Assembly (NCBI GenBank): GCA_951406725.2
Contig: OX597817.1
Span: 81,964,001 to 82,028,000, forward strand
Direction: 5' to 3'
DNA: 64,000 nucleotides
Source: Octopus vulgaris
Taxonomy: Eukaryota
In this document: positions 1 through 16,877 of the stretch, in pieces
Position numbering within the stretch: position 1 is the stretch's first letter
How the letters are laid out: each line of letters starts with the position of its first letter
The notes under the pieces: model-generated
What the model was told of the DNA's origin: nothing
Seen by the model: only the letters and a program-made list of their open reading frames with translations
Databases searched by the model: none
Translations under genes and position numbers: made by a program

Positions 1-496
1 AACATGACTAAGTATATGCATAATGGGAGTGGTCTGGTTTATGCTGCTGCAGCCGTAGAACCAATTGGGTTGATGTTGCATTCAGAAAATATAAATGGCG
101 GGATGAAAAATATGGCGCGGAACGAGATAGATGGTGACGACGAAATAAAGAGCGGGAAAATAAATACACGTTGACACAATAAACAGAAGATACAATACGA
201 AGAAGGAAGACGAAGAGGAGGAGAGGATAAAGCATGGGAATGGAGAATAATGATGCACAGGACAGAATACACACACACACACACGCACACACGCACATGT
301 ACCTGTGTATATGTGCATATATGAATGTGTGCGTATGTATGCATGTGTGTATACACACATGTGTATGTATGTGCATGAGAAGAGGAGGGACAAAGAGCAG
401 AGATATGAGGAGTAGGAGTGAAAAATCTATGTACGTTAATTGTTGGGTTGTGATGGCTAAAGTACGCTAGTTGTAGCAGTGGTTACAGTAGTAGTG

Positions 497-543
<47 letters not shown>

Positions 544-822
544 TGCTGCTGTTGCTGTTGTTGTTGTTATTGTTATTGCCTTAATCGAGCAGAACTATAA
601 GCAATGACATTCCAGTTATTTGCCTTTTTCAGGAATAGTCTTGCTCGGACTACATTATCAAATGTGCTAATCCCTCCGCTTTATTTTCTTTTATTTTACA
701 AAGGCGTTTGAGTTTGAGTTACGGGGTATTTGACTGCTATTTCTTGCCATTCAATCTTCCACGTACAGGGTCCAATGTTGGTCCACAGATAGCAGTAGTA
801 GCAGAAGTGTTAGTAGTGACAC

Positions 823-867
<45 letters not shown>

Positions 868-872
868 GCAGC

Positions 873-919
<47 letters not shown>

Positions 920-1179
920 TTTGGAATGGTAAGTCTGGTGGTGGTGAAGGTGAAATTGAGGATGACAGAGGAGCTGGAGGCGGCGTTGGTTCACTTTTGG
1001 GTGGCGGCGGAGAACACAACGTAATGAATGGAATATATTGCGTGTGTGCAAGTGTGGCAACATGCATTTGGATTGTGCATCTGTACGGTGCAGTCTCTTT
1101 TATGTATATGCATAGGCACACCTCACGTGTTTCAGATCTACTACCATGTCTGTCTTTCTCTCTCTGGCTTTCTGCCTGT

Positions 1180-1180
<1 letters not shown>

Positions 1181-1257
<77 letters not shown>

Positions 1258-1292
1258 GTATGTCTGTCTGTCTGTCTGTCTGTGTCTGTCTG

Positions 1293-1375
<83 letters not shown>

Positions 1376-1460
1376 GTCTGTCTGTCTGTCTGTCTCTGTC
1401 TGTCTGTCTATCTATCTATCTATCATCTATCTATCTATCTGTCTGTCTATCTGTCTGTCT

Positions 1461-1549
<89 letters not shown>

Positions 1550-1720
1550 ATGTGTGTATGTCTGTCTGTCATCTCTGCCTGTCTGTCTTTCTGTCTGTCT
1601 GTCTGACTGCCTCTGTATGTCTGTCTGACTGTCTCTGTCTGTCTGTCTCTGTCTGTCTGTCTCTGTCTGTTTCTATCTGTCTGTCTCGCACCCCCTCTTT
1701 CTCTATCTATCTATTTATCA
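1181..1720. repeat. (TATC)n/(TGTC)n compound microsatellite
   Basis: Read directly; source of the SIYL/SVCL pseudo-ORFs. Confidence 0.97.
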
Positions 1721-1905
1721 CGTTGTATGTCTCACTGTTTTGTTTATTTTTTTTTGTTTGTCTGCTTATCTGTCCAATATATGTTAATGTCTTTTGTTTT
1801 GTCTGTCTTTCCTCTTCGTTCTATTTCTGTGTCTCTCTTTCTATGTCTGTTGTTTCCCCGCCTCTCTCTCTTCTCCTCTCTCTGTCACACATACACACAT
1901 AAATG

Positions 1906-1954
<49 letters not shown>

Positions 1955-2633
1955 ACATATATATATCTACATATACATACATAGATATGGATATAGTGGT
2001 ATACAGACGTAAACAGGGCGAACGAAATGCTGTACCTCTAGAGTTGTTTACATTTGACAAAGAGGTCGTCTTACTTGATACACAAACAAATTCCCTCCTC
2101 CCTGTCTCAAAACAAGATCACATGTACTCATTCATACACACACAACCACCACATACCTTGTCTTCCTCACACACACACAGACACACAGTGGTACACATTC
2201 ACATATACACATACATACGCGTTCAGACACTCACAGATATGTACACACTCTTTTGCAAGGACACATTCAACAGAGGTACGTGTATAGGTTACCATGTTAT
2301 TATAAGTGTGATTAGTAACGTACGCATTATAGATATATATATATATAAACAAACTCTAAAAGACTGAGTGGAAGCTTTTGAGCGTCACGTCGAGTGACAC
2401 TCAAAATTCACGTGTGTACGAGCAAGACAAGAAATGTTCATCGCACGTACACACACAAGTATATGCACACACACACAAAAGTATATGCACACTCACACAC
2501 GTATATAAGCTGAATCAGTGTAGTGAGCAGTTTGTTAGAAAGAGCGAGAGAGGGAGAGACAGAGAGACAGAGAGAGACAGAGAGAGAAAGAGAGTGAGGG
2601 AGAGAGAGAGGGAGAGAGAGAGGGAGAGAGAGG

Positions 2634-2670
<37 letters not shown>

Positions 2671-3299
2671 CGAGGGGGAGAGAGAAATAGAGACAAACTG
2701 AGAAAGAGAGAGAGAGAGAGATTAAGAGATACAAACTGACAGAGAGAGTGTGGTGTGAGGGGTGTCTGGGCGGGTATGAGTTTGTGAATGCGCACGCATA
2801 CCAACATAAACACATTCAAACAGCTGTAGACATACTGATATACAGACATACACACGCACGTACATACGTACGTACACACCCTCGTGTTATCATTCACACA
2901 TGCATACGGAGGCAGAGAAACTCACACAAATGCTTACTTACAGCTTTCTTTGTTATAGTAGTTCCTTCAAACCAATAATGACCATGTCCACCTTCATTTA
3001 TGAAGATCTGATGATGACTGTATACACCCCAATCCTACGAGAAGACACGAATCAGACATGCGCACTACATTCCTAAGCCATGTCAGATGTAATCTATAGT
3101 TTGGGTTCCTGTACACGGCGGAACGGAGGATTTGTGAGGGTATGACCCTATCTCGACGGGTGACTGGAAGGATTTTATGGAAACACTGGGGTTAACCGTT
3201 TGCCTGCTCTTTTCATCTCACGTGATGCGAAGGATATATATCCCTCTTGTGCATGCATCATACATGATACACACTCCCAACTTTATTCAGCCATCAGAC

Positions 3300-4450
3300 T
3301 AACTTGGGACTCTCGAAAGGAAAGTTTTGTATTGCTTAGGACGTATGAACCAAGGGCTAACTAAATGTCTGAGAACAAACACGGATGTTTGGGATAAACT
3401 CATGAAAATTCTTTAGAGTGGCAAAAATTAAGGGCATCCAAAGTTTGAATTTATTGGTTCTATATGGTCCTTGTCTGGTAACTATACCCGAAAGTGGAAA
3501 GACAATCTTCATACCCGGATAGATGGGGTCCCTGTTACGGAGGACAAGAATATAAGTATTTTTTTAAGAAAAATCCCTTTCCGAGTCTTCCAAAGTTTAC
3601 TGAGATTTGCCTGGGATGGTTTACTATCTCCTTGTCTAGTTATATTTTCACATGAAACTCTAGGACATTGACGGAACATGTATGTGTGTCTGTAAGCAAT
3701 CCAATAAAAGTTTTATGAATGTCTTACAATTCCATATAAGGAAATGTCATGAAATTTTCGCAGTTTAACTGGATACTTTTTCTCTTCTACAACAAAATCT
3801 GCATTTCATCTTTGCAATTTTTTGATACTGGGGAACCATTCCACAAGTTGGCAATCAATGTGGTCACATGGTCAACCATTACACCCTCTACATCATGTTT
3901 AATAACCTCCGTTGATATTCCAACAATTCCAAAACATTTTTCCAGAGTTTATCTGTTTAATGGCAATTTTGATTTCTACAATGTTACAATTATTATGTAT
4001 TTCCTTCAGTATCATGGTGCTTCTAATATATTCTCATTTATTTTGGATGGATTGAGAAAAAGATCTGTGAAATACTCTGTCTATTTCTTTAGAATACGCT
4101 CACTATCACATTGATTAAAGTGGCTTGCTCTCTCTCTAACTTTGGAATAGAAAGGAAAAGTAGTTGGTGAGGATAAAATGTATGCTTCAATAAGCTTTAC
4201 ATTGTTCTGTAGTCTTTTTATAGTCAAAGACCCAGTTATGCAATCTGTTTTTGTCAAAGACTAGTTGAATATCTGAGGCTATACCTATCAACTAGATGTT
4301 CTTCGTTGTCCTTAGTTTTCTCATTAAAGTTGGTTAACAGAACTTCATAAATTCTGTCTTAGAGATTTCCTTTCCAGGTAAATTAGGGTTGAACAATTTC
4401 TGATGTAATTTGTGCCCGATAACTAGAAGCTCAAATATTTCTGAGTTACC
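3300..4450 (-). mobile_element. Possible highly decayed L1/Tx1-like LINE 3' region
   Basis: Non-repetitive, stop-ridden sequence with only weak remnants such as FLIWNCK; no intact motif. Confidence 0.25.
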
Positions 4451-4781
4451 TACATCGTACGATATGCGTGTTTGAGGTCCTGAAACGTCCAACATTGGCA
4501 GCAGTGATATAAACTCTAGCTATGTACTCTCGGGCAAGTAGATGCAAATGTCACAGGGTCTCGCAGTTTATCAACATCCAGCCGTTTCGAAGATTTCATG
4601 TTAGATGTCGTAAACATTTTCCTAACAACCAATTCCAGTTTTGCTTGGATGCCAAACTATGTTCATTCTGGTACTTCATGGCTAACAAGAAATGTTTTAT
4701 GCCTAACGTCTTTTCCCTTAAACGTTATTCCATGGCAACTGACTTTATTTTGACTCTAACTGTCTGTCTATCTGTTTCTTT

Positions 4782-4832
<51 letters not shown>

Positions 4833-4833
4833 A

Positions 4834-4884
<51 letters not shown>

Positions 4885-5094
4885 TGCTTTATCTGTAGGT
4901 TAACAAAGCTACCACTGGTTTCATGTAGAGACACCTTTACAATTTTCAAGCGTGAGACATGGATTTGTTGGTACTTATTTGTATTTTTGATGGAAATACA
5001 TGAGGTCACACGAGTATGAACGGGATTTCGAAATAAATATACAGATCTCGGGTGGTAACTTATAAGAATATCGTGATTGTTATCTCCTCTTTTT

Positions 5095-5239
5095 AGCCCT
5101 GGTTGGAGGCTCAACCCCCGAGTTCTTTTAAAGGGCTTAGACAAACTGAGAGGGGAATATATTGAATAGAATCATAATTAACTGATCCTCCTGTATTTTC
5201 TTTTATCTAAAGTGAGGAACTTTTCAGCACCCCTCGTAC
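5095..5239 (+). mobile_element. Partial mariner-derived MITE (family of 33183-33403 and 53998-54221)
   Basis: Shares ataattaactgatcctcctgtattt...ggaacttttcagcacccctcg-TA. Confidence 0.7.
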
Positions 5240-7159
5240 ATATATGTATACACACACATACACACATACGCGTACATATATATACACACACACACGTATG
5301 TATGTATACATACATACATACATACATACATACATACATACATACATACATACATACATACATACACACACATACCTGCAACATGCGTTTTGTTGATATT
5401 TGAAACACTGCCTATGATTATTTATGGAATTCCATAGATTTTCGACTCCAAGCTTGTCCATGGGGTTGTAAGTTCATAAGTTCATAAATATATGTTTTCC
5501 CTGGGAATTATGAGATGCTATAAATACGTTTATTCATATAAAATTTGTATATTTAGGGAATCCAGCATAAATTGATGGAAGTATGCGAATATTTGAATAC
5601 CTAGAAATTGCAATAAAATAAAAATACATATATCTAAAAAAAAAAGTGATAAGCTGTGATATATTATTAAACAATTTTCTTTTTACCTGGAATGTATGTT
5701 GAATTCTTTGTAGTGGATCCTCTGCAAGATGTGACTACGTGACTTCTCACAAAACAACTTTTTAACACCTGAAGATATTAACTGCTAATTACTCTGAATT
5801 TTTCCAGAACAACATAAAGAACCTTATAGTGTTTATTTACAGGGGCATTGAAATTTCAAAAAGAGCTAAAGAGTTTGCTCATCAACAACGTCTGTGGTTA
5901 CAACTCTCATTTACCTGGCATGAGATGCTTGAAAAGAGATATGACATTTTCAAGACAAATAATTTCTGTATCTTCCAAAGCATATAGATCTGGAAGAAAT
6001 ATTTCCAATATCGATATCTCATCGAAAACATGAGCACTTTCAACATACTTTTACAGGTGTATGTAGTGATCTTAATGAGCACTCTATAAACTTTTGAGAA
6101 TATCTATTTTGGTTTAACTTTTATGACAATGGCCCATTCATCTTCTGAAGAGAATGTCGTAACTCTTGGTCTCTCTCTCTCACCCTCTCTTTCTTCTCTC
6201 TCTCTCCATCTTTCTCTCCCTCCCTTTATACACACATTCATATATATATGCACTCATATATACATGCATACATACATACACATACACACATACAGGCACA
6301 TATATACACACATATCTATGTATTTATTTGCTTTTCATCTCTTAAGTCTACCGTCTGTTTAATGGTAAAACAATTCGAAATTTCTAATTGTTGCGTGACT
6401 TCCCAATATTTAATTCTAATCGAACATTCTAGAAAGAATTTCTACTTCAGGCTATCAAACTTTCGGTTTTAGAACAGTTCAATATTTTTCGTGTCAACGT
6501 CGAATCTCTAGGTCCTTGGGTTACTTTTGAAACTTTCTGTCGATGTGAGGCCGACACACGCGTCCACAAATATTCTCTTTTCCCTAGAAAATAAGCCAGT
6601 CGTTATCCGTAATGGCATGCCAAATTTGGAGGATTCTACTTGCCATTTGGTAATTATGACACATCCTCTAGAAGCGGAGATAGTTTTAACAAAACACAAT
6701 ATTATATTGTAAGGTATTTAATATACCTGTATTGATATACCTGCATACAAACATATATTCATACGCATAAAAAAATAAATACATACACATTTCCATACAT
6801 ATATATGTATACAGATAAGGACATACACACGCATATAAATATGAACTCTGACTATGTCCAGGTCGATGTTTAAACTCATACCTGCTTAAAATTTTGCTAG
6901 TTTCACATTTTACCTGATGATTGTGGATTTATATTATGATGCATTCTTTTATGATTGCATAAAATAAAAAAAATTCTACCGAGACGGATGTCGTGAATTT
7001 TAAACGCCATTTGTGTTTACTACACACACACACACACCACACACACACGCATATATATACACACACATGCACACATATATGCATGTACACCCATACACAC
7101 ATATATGCCACTGGCTACCGAGTTATTTCTCTCAGCTCATTTTTGTTCAAACTATCTAT

Positions 7160-7772
7160 CTAATACATACATACATACATACATACATACATACATACAT
7201 ACATACATACATACATACATACATGCATGCATACATACATATATACATACATACATGCATACATACATACATACATGCATGCATGCATACATACATACAT
7301 ACATACATTCATTCATACATACATACATACATACATACATACATACATACATACATACATACATACATACATACATACATACATACATACATACATGCAT
7401 GCATACATACATACATACATACATGCATGCATACATACATACATACATACACAATACATAGATATACATACATACATACATACATACATACATACAATCA
7501 TACATGCATACATACATACATGCATGCATACATCCATCCATCCATCCATACATACATACATACATGAATGCATGCATGCATACATACATACATACATACA
7601 TACATACACACATACATAGATATACATACATACATACATGCATACATGCATGCATGCATGCATGCATACATACATACATACATACATACATACATACGTA
7701 CATACACACATACATAGATATACATACATACATGCATACATACATACATACATGCATACATACATACATACA

Positions 7773-7800
<28 letters not shown>
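7160..7800. repeat. (TACA)n/(TGCA)n microsatellite, ~640 bp
   Basis: Read directly. Confidence 0.97.
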
Positions 7801-7803
<3 letters not shown>

Positions 7804-8262
7804 GTATATACGCACACACATGTGATCCAACTACCCATACGTCAAGTGCACTCTCCACCCGTACACTCAGCCACCGAATCCAGAGTACCACCTACCCAGA
7901 CCACCACCCAACCCGCCACCCAGACAGACACTGAGACGGAGTAAACACTAAATAGTGTTGATCCCAGCGAGACATTTATTTCTTTTTTTTTACTTTATTT
8001 CGAATGCTTTACCCTCGACTACTGCACACACGCATTCGCGCGGGCATTCACGCACGCACACGCACACGCACGCACGCACACGCACACGCACGCACACACA
8101 CACTCACACACACGAACGCGCGCACACCGGTGCTTTCAGTGGTTCCAATGGCTGGTAACTGATGTCTTACTGGTCGGTTGTAGGTCAGGGTCGAACTGTT
8201 TTGTAAACAAACACTACCCAATGCAGCAGAGATACACAGATACACAGATACACACACGTATA

Positions 8263-8318
<56 letters not shown>

Positions 8319-8517
8319 CACCTATTCACAGAGACGCGCATGCGTACGCACATACATATTTGTATGAATACATACACATACACCACTACAATTTCACACA
8401 CAAAAGCTGCCGTCTATCAAGGTTTGTAAAGAACAGAGAGAAAAAAAAAGAAAATAGTAAGAAAACAAACAAGAAAAAAAATAATATAAGTATACAACCT
8501 ACTCCGTTTCCACCCTT

Positions 8518-8838
<321 letters not shown>

Positions 8839-9149
8839 GTAAAAAAAATATACAATGTCATGCAGACACAAAGGGAAGAAAGTTCTAGTTTAGAAACTCA
8901 CCTCGTCTGGGTGGATTTCTTCATTTTCAGTTAGAGGGGTGGAAGGTTTTGTTTGTGTTCCTTCTCGAAACAATTAAATGACTAGGCCAAACGGAAATGA
9001 TCTACGAAGTGAGTCGGTGTTGTAGAAATAGCAGTCAAGTCAATTTCACATTAAATTACGCTAATTATTGGATACAGCTATACAGATAGTGTGGTCACGG
9101 TTGGGATATCTCTTTTAGATAAATTTGTTTGGTCTGTGAGAAGGGACCA

Positions 9150-9870
9150 GGTGTTGCCCATTACCTTCGCAGCTTTCCCTTGAGACTTCAGAGAACAGCG
9201 CGGTTAGTGTTAATGGTGGAGAGGCGTAAGCTTGTGGTTTCAGGAAAAACATGTGCTCGGAGGGATTTTTCAGTGGGGAGGAAGGACTGGATAGAGTGAT
9301 TATTACAGAGTCTTGGGTGATTGTGGTTGATGGGAGAAGGCTAATGGAGAGAGATGAGTGAGTGGAAAATGCCTGAGTGGAAGTGATACAAGACTAGAAA
9401 ACTTCTACAGAGGCCGCTGTAGTGACCGTAGGAAAGTCACTGAGGGTACACAGTGCGTCTAAGGACCAGAGATTGGAGTGTAATGTTTGAGTGACTTCAT
9501 GTTACTCAAACGGCCTTTATTTTGAGCGCACTGTAGGATGTCGGTACATATATGACGAATACCGTCTCAGTTGTGAGAGCAGCTCATCGTGGGTCCCAAA
9601 CAAACTTTGTAGAGTTATTAGTCTATTGGTGCTAAAAAGTTTTCTGACTCTCAAGACGTGGGGCACTTTTTGATGCAATCTTTGCTATGAGGAGGATGAC
9701 CACTAGGTGAGATCCGCGGTGATGATGAAACAATATTTGTAGAGCGATTTTAGTTGCCTGCTGTTATGGCTGTTTAGTGATTTTAGTTGCATGCTGTTAT
9801 GGCTGTTTAGGGTGAGGGATTGCACTTCTGGACTGTTTAGTGTCTTTACGCTACTGAAGTAGACGATAGT
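9150..9870 (-). mobile_element. Decayed CR1/Jockey-group LINE 3' fragment
   Basis: Minus-strand remnants such as LRVRKLFSTNRLITL and LQSLVLRRTV resemble the post-RT region of these LINEs; contains a 33-bp tandem duplication at 9746-9811. Confidence 0.5.
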
Positions 9871-10989
9871 AGCGGTCCTCATCGGAAGGTGTTTACAAGA
9901 AATGGCGTTGACAATGAAATGACAATGAAATGGTTAGCATCAGTTTATGGATGCAGGAAATATATGTGCACGCAGGGGTTTCCAGTGAACCAACATCTTA
10001 GGAAGGAAGGACAAGACTTTGTGATTATTGCAGAATCTTGGGTGATTGTGACTGATGGACGCTATGAGCAGTCCTCATTGGAAGATGTCTACAAGAAATG
10101 GTCTTGACAATGAAATGGCGTTTCTAGACATTGTACTGTCCGGGGAAGTTCACGAGTTTGCTACGATCCCTCCGTGAAAAACACGACATTATACATATTA
10201 AAAGGGGTACACAAAAAATTAAAGAAAAACATCGAACAAATAGTTTGGAGTGAGGTGTTTAAGTTTCATGTGGATGACGCTAAGATATGGAAGTTTAGGG
10301 ATAAATGAAGTGTGATGTTATTGACGAGCATGTTATGCGTCATTGATGTACAGGAGGAAGTGTATGTGGAACAAAGCGGAACTTTGATGAACACCATAGC
10401 TGATAGAATGTGAGTCAGAGTTAGTCTAATCAGCTCATGTCGCGATGGCACGATCTGACAGGGAGCCTTCAATACAAAAAGAAAAAAAGGAGAAGAAAGA
10501 TGACCATGCAGAGACAGCTTTACTAGCAGATTGGTGTGACAAACACAGTGGACATTAGGGGCAATACCATTGTTCTTACTGAATCTTGCACAAGAGGGCT
10601 CACTGGTCAGTAACAAATCATACTAACGGTTATTAAGAACCAAAGGTTAGAATTATTGAAGGTGGTTGATAATGACTGAGTTCCAGTAGCATAGGCTATA
10701 ATGGGTCGAGGCGGCAATTCACGTAGGTTGCTTTTTTTTTTTAATGCAGACTTATACGTATTATGTTATGCTTTTTTTTCTGTTGGGGTGGAGAGACGCA
10801 TTGTATAATCGTGGGCTTTTCAGGGCGGCACCAAAGTCTATCAACGCCATTGTTGAATCAATCAACTTTAAATTTTTGGAAGTGAGAGAGATTGCTGGAT
10901 TCTTGAGAATTTATAGAGATAGAAGAAAGAGTGCACTTAATGGGACTAATTGTAGCGTATTTTTAAAGAGAGAGAAAGAGAGGGAAGAG

Positions 10990-11028
<39 letters not shown>

Positions 11029-11799
11029 AGATAGTTTGGTGACGATAGAGGCAAGCAGCGAGGCCCATGTTTTTTTGAGAGTAATGGAAAGGACATTGTG
11101 AGGGACCAGTAGCCGTATTGTTTTGTTTTGATTGGGCAGACTTTTGATTAAAGACCTTCCAGTTGTGACCATCATATCTTTTTGCTTAGCTCCAGATTTT
11201 CCCCAGATATAATTTAAGACAGTTAGATGTAATTTCAGGGAGACTTGGCTGCTATTTCTGGCAGGTGCATGGACGATGCAGTGTAGCCAACATGGTTAAA
11301 AATCTGGATTTGAACCGAGTACCGGATCATTTTCTCTTCACAATTACATTCTTCATGCCAAACAGGCAGAGAGGAAATCAACACTGCAACATCATAGCAT
11401 TCAGTATTATAACATCTTATTCACAGCTATGTGGCACGAGCATTAAATTGTCAAGGATACAGTGCAATATTCGTAGCACATATCTTTAAAAGTTCTCGTG
11501 CATAGAGTTGTCTGAGTCAGTAGGAGGTCGGTTTGTATTCTGTAGCTCGTGGCCGTATGTTTGACTTGTATTTCACAAATGCCTCACACTACTTTGCTAT
11601 AAATATACATCAAGTGATAAGTAATATTTGCCACAAGAAACAGTGGTATATCAGTAAAATGGACAAGTATTTCCTTTGCTTACAAAACTGATTTCAGTCC
11701 CTCTCATTAAGAGCAGGGTTGCACCTTTTCTGCTTAACGACGGGAAGATAAGAAATATTTAGTAGATTAACTTTTCGATTATAGTAGATTAACTATGAT

Positions 11800-12290
11800 T
11801 GAAAAGCTATCTATGTACGAAAAGATATCCATCCGAGGAAGGATTATCTAAAGAACATTCACCCGAGAATAGATATCTGTCCACGCAAGGATGTATATTT
11901 TAGAAGGGAAATCTACGTGAGGAAGGACATTAATTTAAGAAATGATGTGTAAGAAAGGACGTCTTTCAAAGAAAGAACGTTTATCTAAGAACTGACAACG
12001 TTTCAAAGAAGGACATATCTTCAGTACAAGAATGCACATCTAAGAGAGATCTAAGAAAATACATCTATCATTAAAAAGGTATCTATCCGAGAAAGAATAT
12101 TTTTCAATGAATATTAGTAAAAAAAGTCTGATAAAATACAGCTATCATTGAAAAGATATCTATCTGAGAAAGGATGTTTTCAAGGAAGAATATATCTTCT
12201 GCCCTAGAAAGCATATCTAAGGAAGGACAGTTACACGCCGATAGGAATAGTTTCGCATCTATAGAAATCTCTCCATAGAGTGGATCTGTA
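11800..12290. repeat. Degenerate ~17-18-bp minisatellite (consensus near GAAGGATATCTATCYRAG)
   Basis: Recurrent aaggatat/ctatc/ctaag units at ~17-18-bp spacing. Confidence 0.6.
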
Positions 12291-13519
12291 AAATGTTTAT
12301 TTTTAGTTCTTGAAAATTTGAAAGGCATTTTTTTCTACAATGTTGTATGGCTCATTCAAACGAATAATAAGTAAACCACCTGGGCTTAAGAACATAACCT
12401 ATAGCCGAGTCGGGAATCACTTAAGCATTGGGAACTCACATTTGCTGCCTGTAATGCTATCTATAGTGGAAATCCTCAAACAAAGCAAGATATCCACCAT
12501 GATGTGATAGGGCTGAACGTTCGATAGATTATAGACACACAAACTATTTCATGCAACTTTTTACAGAACTAGGAACCAAGCTGAAGTCAATTAATTGCAC
12601 TTCAAGTTGAACCGATTGGGTGGAATTGTTTCGTAGGAGGTCGAGTTGTGAGGAAGTTTTTCTCCCCACTCGTCTTCTCCAGAAGTATGTTGGAAAGGAT
12701 ATAGTCAATCTAATCATTATAATTTAAGTAGCACGCTTATTTTTATCGTGTTTGTAAAGATGAAAAATAAATCCATCTCTTCTTCATGATTTGAACTCAC
12801 AAGAGAAAGAACGAAACTAAATGTCTTATAATATTGCATTGATACAATTTAGAATAATATTGGGCGTATTACTATATTCTGGTTAGTTAGAACATTTATT
12901 AATTAATAGCAAAATTAATTGTTACGTAATTGTCACCCGCTTATTTCGTCTTTTTCTCTTGTATATTGTCGCTCTACGTTATCTCTGTCTTTGAACTTTA
13001 ACTATTATCTAGCTATAGCGATTATTTTTTTATACGATTAATGGATGGCCTGGCCGTTACGTTAATGTCATCTCTCAGTATTATCAAGGCTCAACAAATA
13101 GCAGGTAACCTTTCGGAAGGTAGATAACTTATCTGCTCTGTCACCTGCATATTTTAAAATAAAAATTATTAGTAATCGAAGCTGCAGATAGCTCTATAAG
13201 GGAAATAACTATCATTAGACCGTTATTTTTCCAATGAAAGTTGTTTCCCCTGAAAATGTGTCTTTTTTTTTTTTGCATGCCATTTAACAGTTAATAAAAT
13301 ATGACAATACGTGAGACAACATACATGGCGTGAAAGATTACTGTAGAAGCCTTGATCCACAAAGACCTCACTCTGATATTAAATGCACGAATGAATTCTA
13401 TTAACTTCAATTTATTCACTTGTAAAAGACATGAAAATGCCAAATTATTCCTCATTGTCTAGAACAGTCAATCAGTTTGACTGCGGTGCACTAAGGATCA
13501 ACTACTACTAATAATAACC

Positions 13520-13690
13520 CTTTCTACTATAGGCACGAGGCCTGAAATTTTGGGGAAGGGGACTAGTCGATTACATCGACCCCAGTGTTTAACTGATACT
13601 TAATTTTCGACCTCGAAAGGATGAAAGGCAAAATCGACCTCGGTGGAATTTGAGCTCAGAACGAAAAGACGGACGAAATGCCGCTAAGCT
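13520..13690 (-). mobile_element. SINE family B fragment (relative of 33473-33700)
   Basis: cgaaaggatgaaaggcaaaatcgacctcggtggaatttgagctcagaacg core. Confidence 0.8.
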
Positions 13691-13899
13691 TTATAAAAAT
13701 ATAAATATATCGATGCATTTAGAAAAAAAAGTTAAAAGCGAACTACGTGTTAAGTCGAAAATTTAGTAAAATATATATGCAAAATTATTGCTTTTCATGT
13801 AACTCGTTTTTCAAGACACTAATGTATTAATATGTTTTTCAAAATTCTTAAAAAAATCTACGACGCACAAAGATACCGCTTCGACGGTTAACGCTTCGA

Positions 13900-14212
13900 A
13901 CGTGGAAAGCAACTGCGACGATTTGAAGTGGGAAATACGAAGGTTGTGATCAATGAGGAGAATAGACGTGATATCACTAGTAATTGGCGCACTTGGAAGT
14001 ATCAGCACTCAACTACCAACATGGCTCAAAAAGATTGGTACAAAGGTAAATGTAGAACATCTTCAATAATCAGCATTGCTTGGAACTGCAAAAACTTTTC
14101 GCAGGGTTCTTGAAGCATGGTCAGTAAACAAGTGTCATCTTAGTCTGTTGGTTGTGGACAGCTAATACTTTCAATCATACTCAGCAAAATAAGCTGTGAG
14201 TTTTTATCAAAT
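13900..14212 (+). mobile_element. R4/Dong-clade LINE 3' fragment (family of 42708-43200)
   Basis: Translates DLKWEIRRL*SMRRIDVISLVIGALG...LLGTAKTFRRVLEA; ends in (TAA)n. Confidence 0.8.
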
Positions 14213-14227
14213 AATAATAATAATAGT

Positions 14228-14474
14228 AAATGTTTCTGTTATCATCGGAGCATTGAATCAAACCCACCCAACGTGAAGAAACATCTGGACACTTTAGAAT
14301 TTAACCTACAATGGTGTATTGCAAAATTCGGTTTTACTTGGAACTGCATGCATACTGTATAAAGTGTTGTTTGTCTGAGGTCCTTGTTGGAACTTGAAAG
14401 ACAGCACAAATCCTCGGTCAACACGGTATCTTTAATCTACAACATCACAATGTTCGATACTGTGCGACGTATTC

Positions 14475-14475
<1 letters not shown>
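14228..14475 (+). mobile_element. R4/Dong-clade LINE 3' fragment (family of 16878-18276)
   Basis: IIGAL...LQNSVLLGTACILYKVL followed by 3' UTR tctgaggtccttgttg, which matches 18180 onward; followed by (TAA)n. Confidence 0.75.
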
Positions 14476-16866
<2,391 letters not shown>

Positions 16867-16877
16867 TAATAATAATA

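Noticed and set aside
1-174. 57-codon open frame on + at the window edge, plus open minus frames
   Set aside because: No recognisable motif or splice acceptor; cannot be assigned.
737-1121. Pro/Thr/Ala/Asn-rich minus-strand ORFs resembling a low-complexity exon
   Set aside because: Dominated by trinucleotide repeats with no convincing splice sites or domain; may be UTR of an off-window gene.
997-1902. Long ORFs of SIYL/HTYI/YI/poly-I type here and throughout the ORF track
   Set aside because: Translations of stop-free microsatellites; no splice or domain support.
9874-10119. ~50-bp direct repeats 196 bp apart as possible LTRs
   Set aside because: No TG..CA ends, PBS/PPT or TSD; likely a local duplication in decayed LINE sequence.
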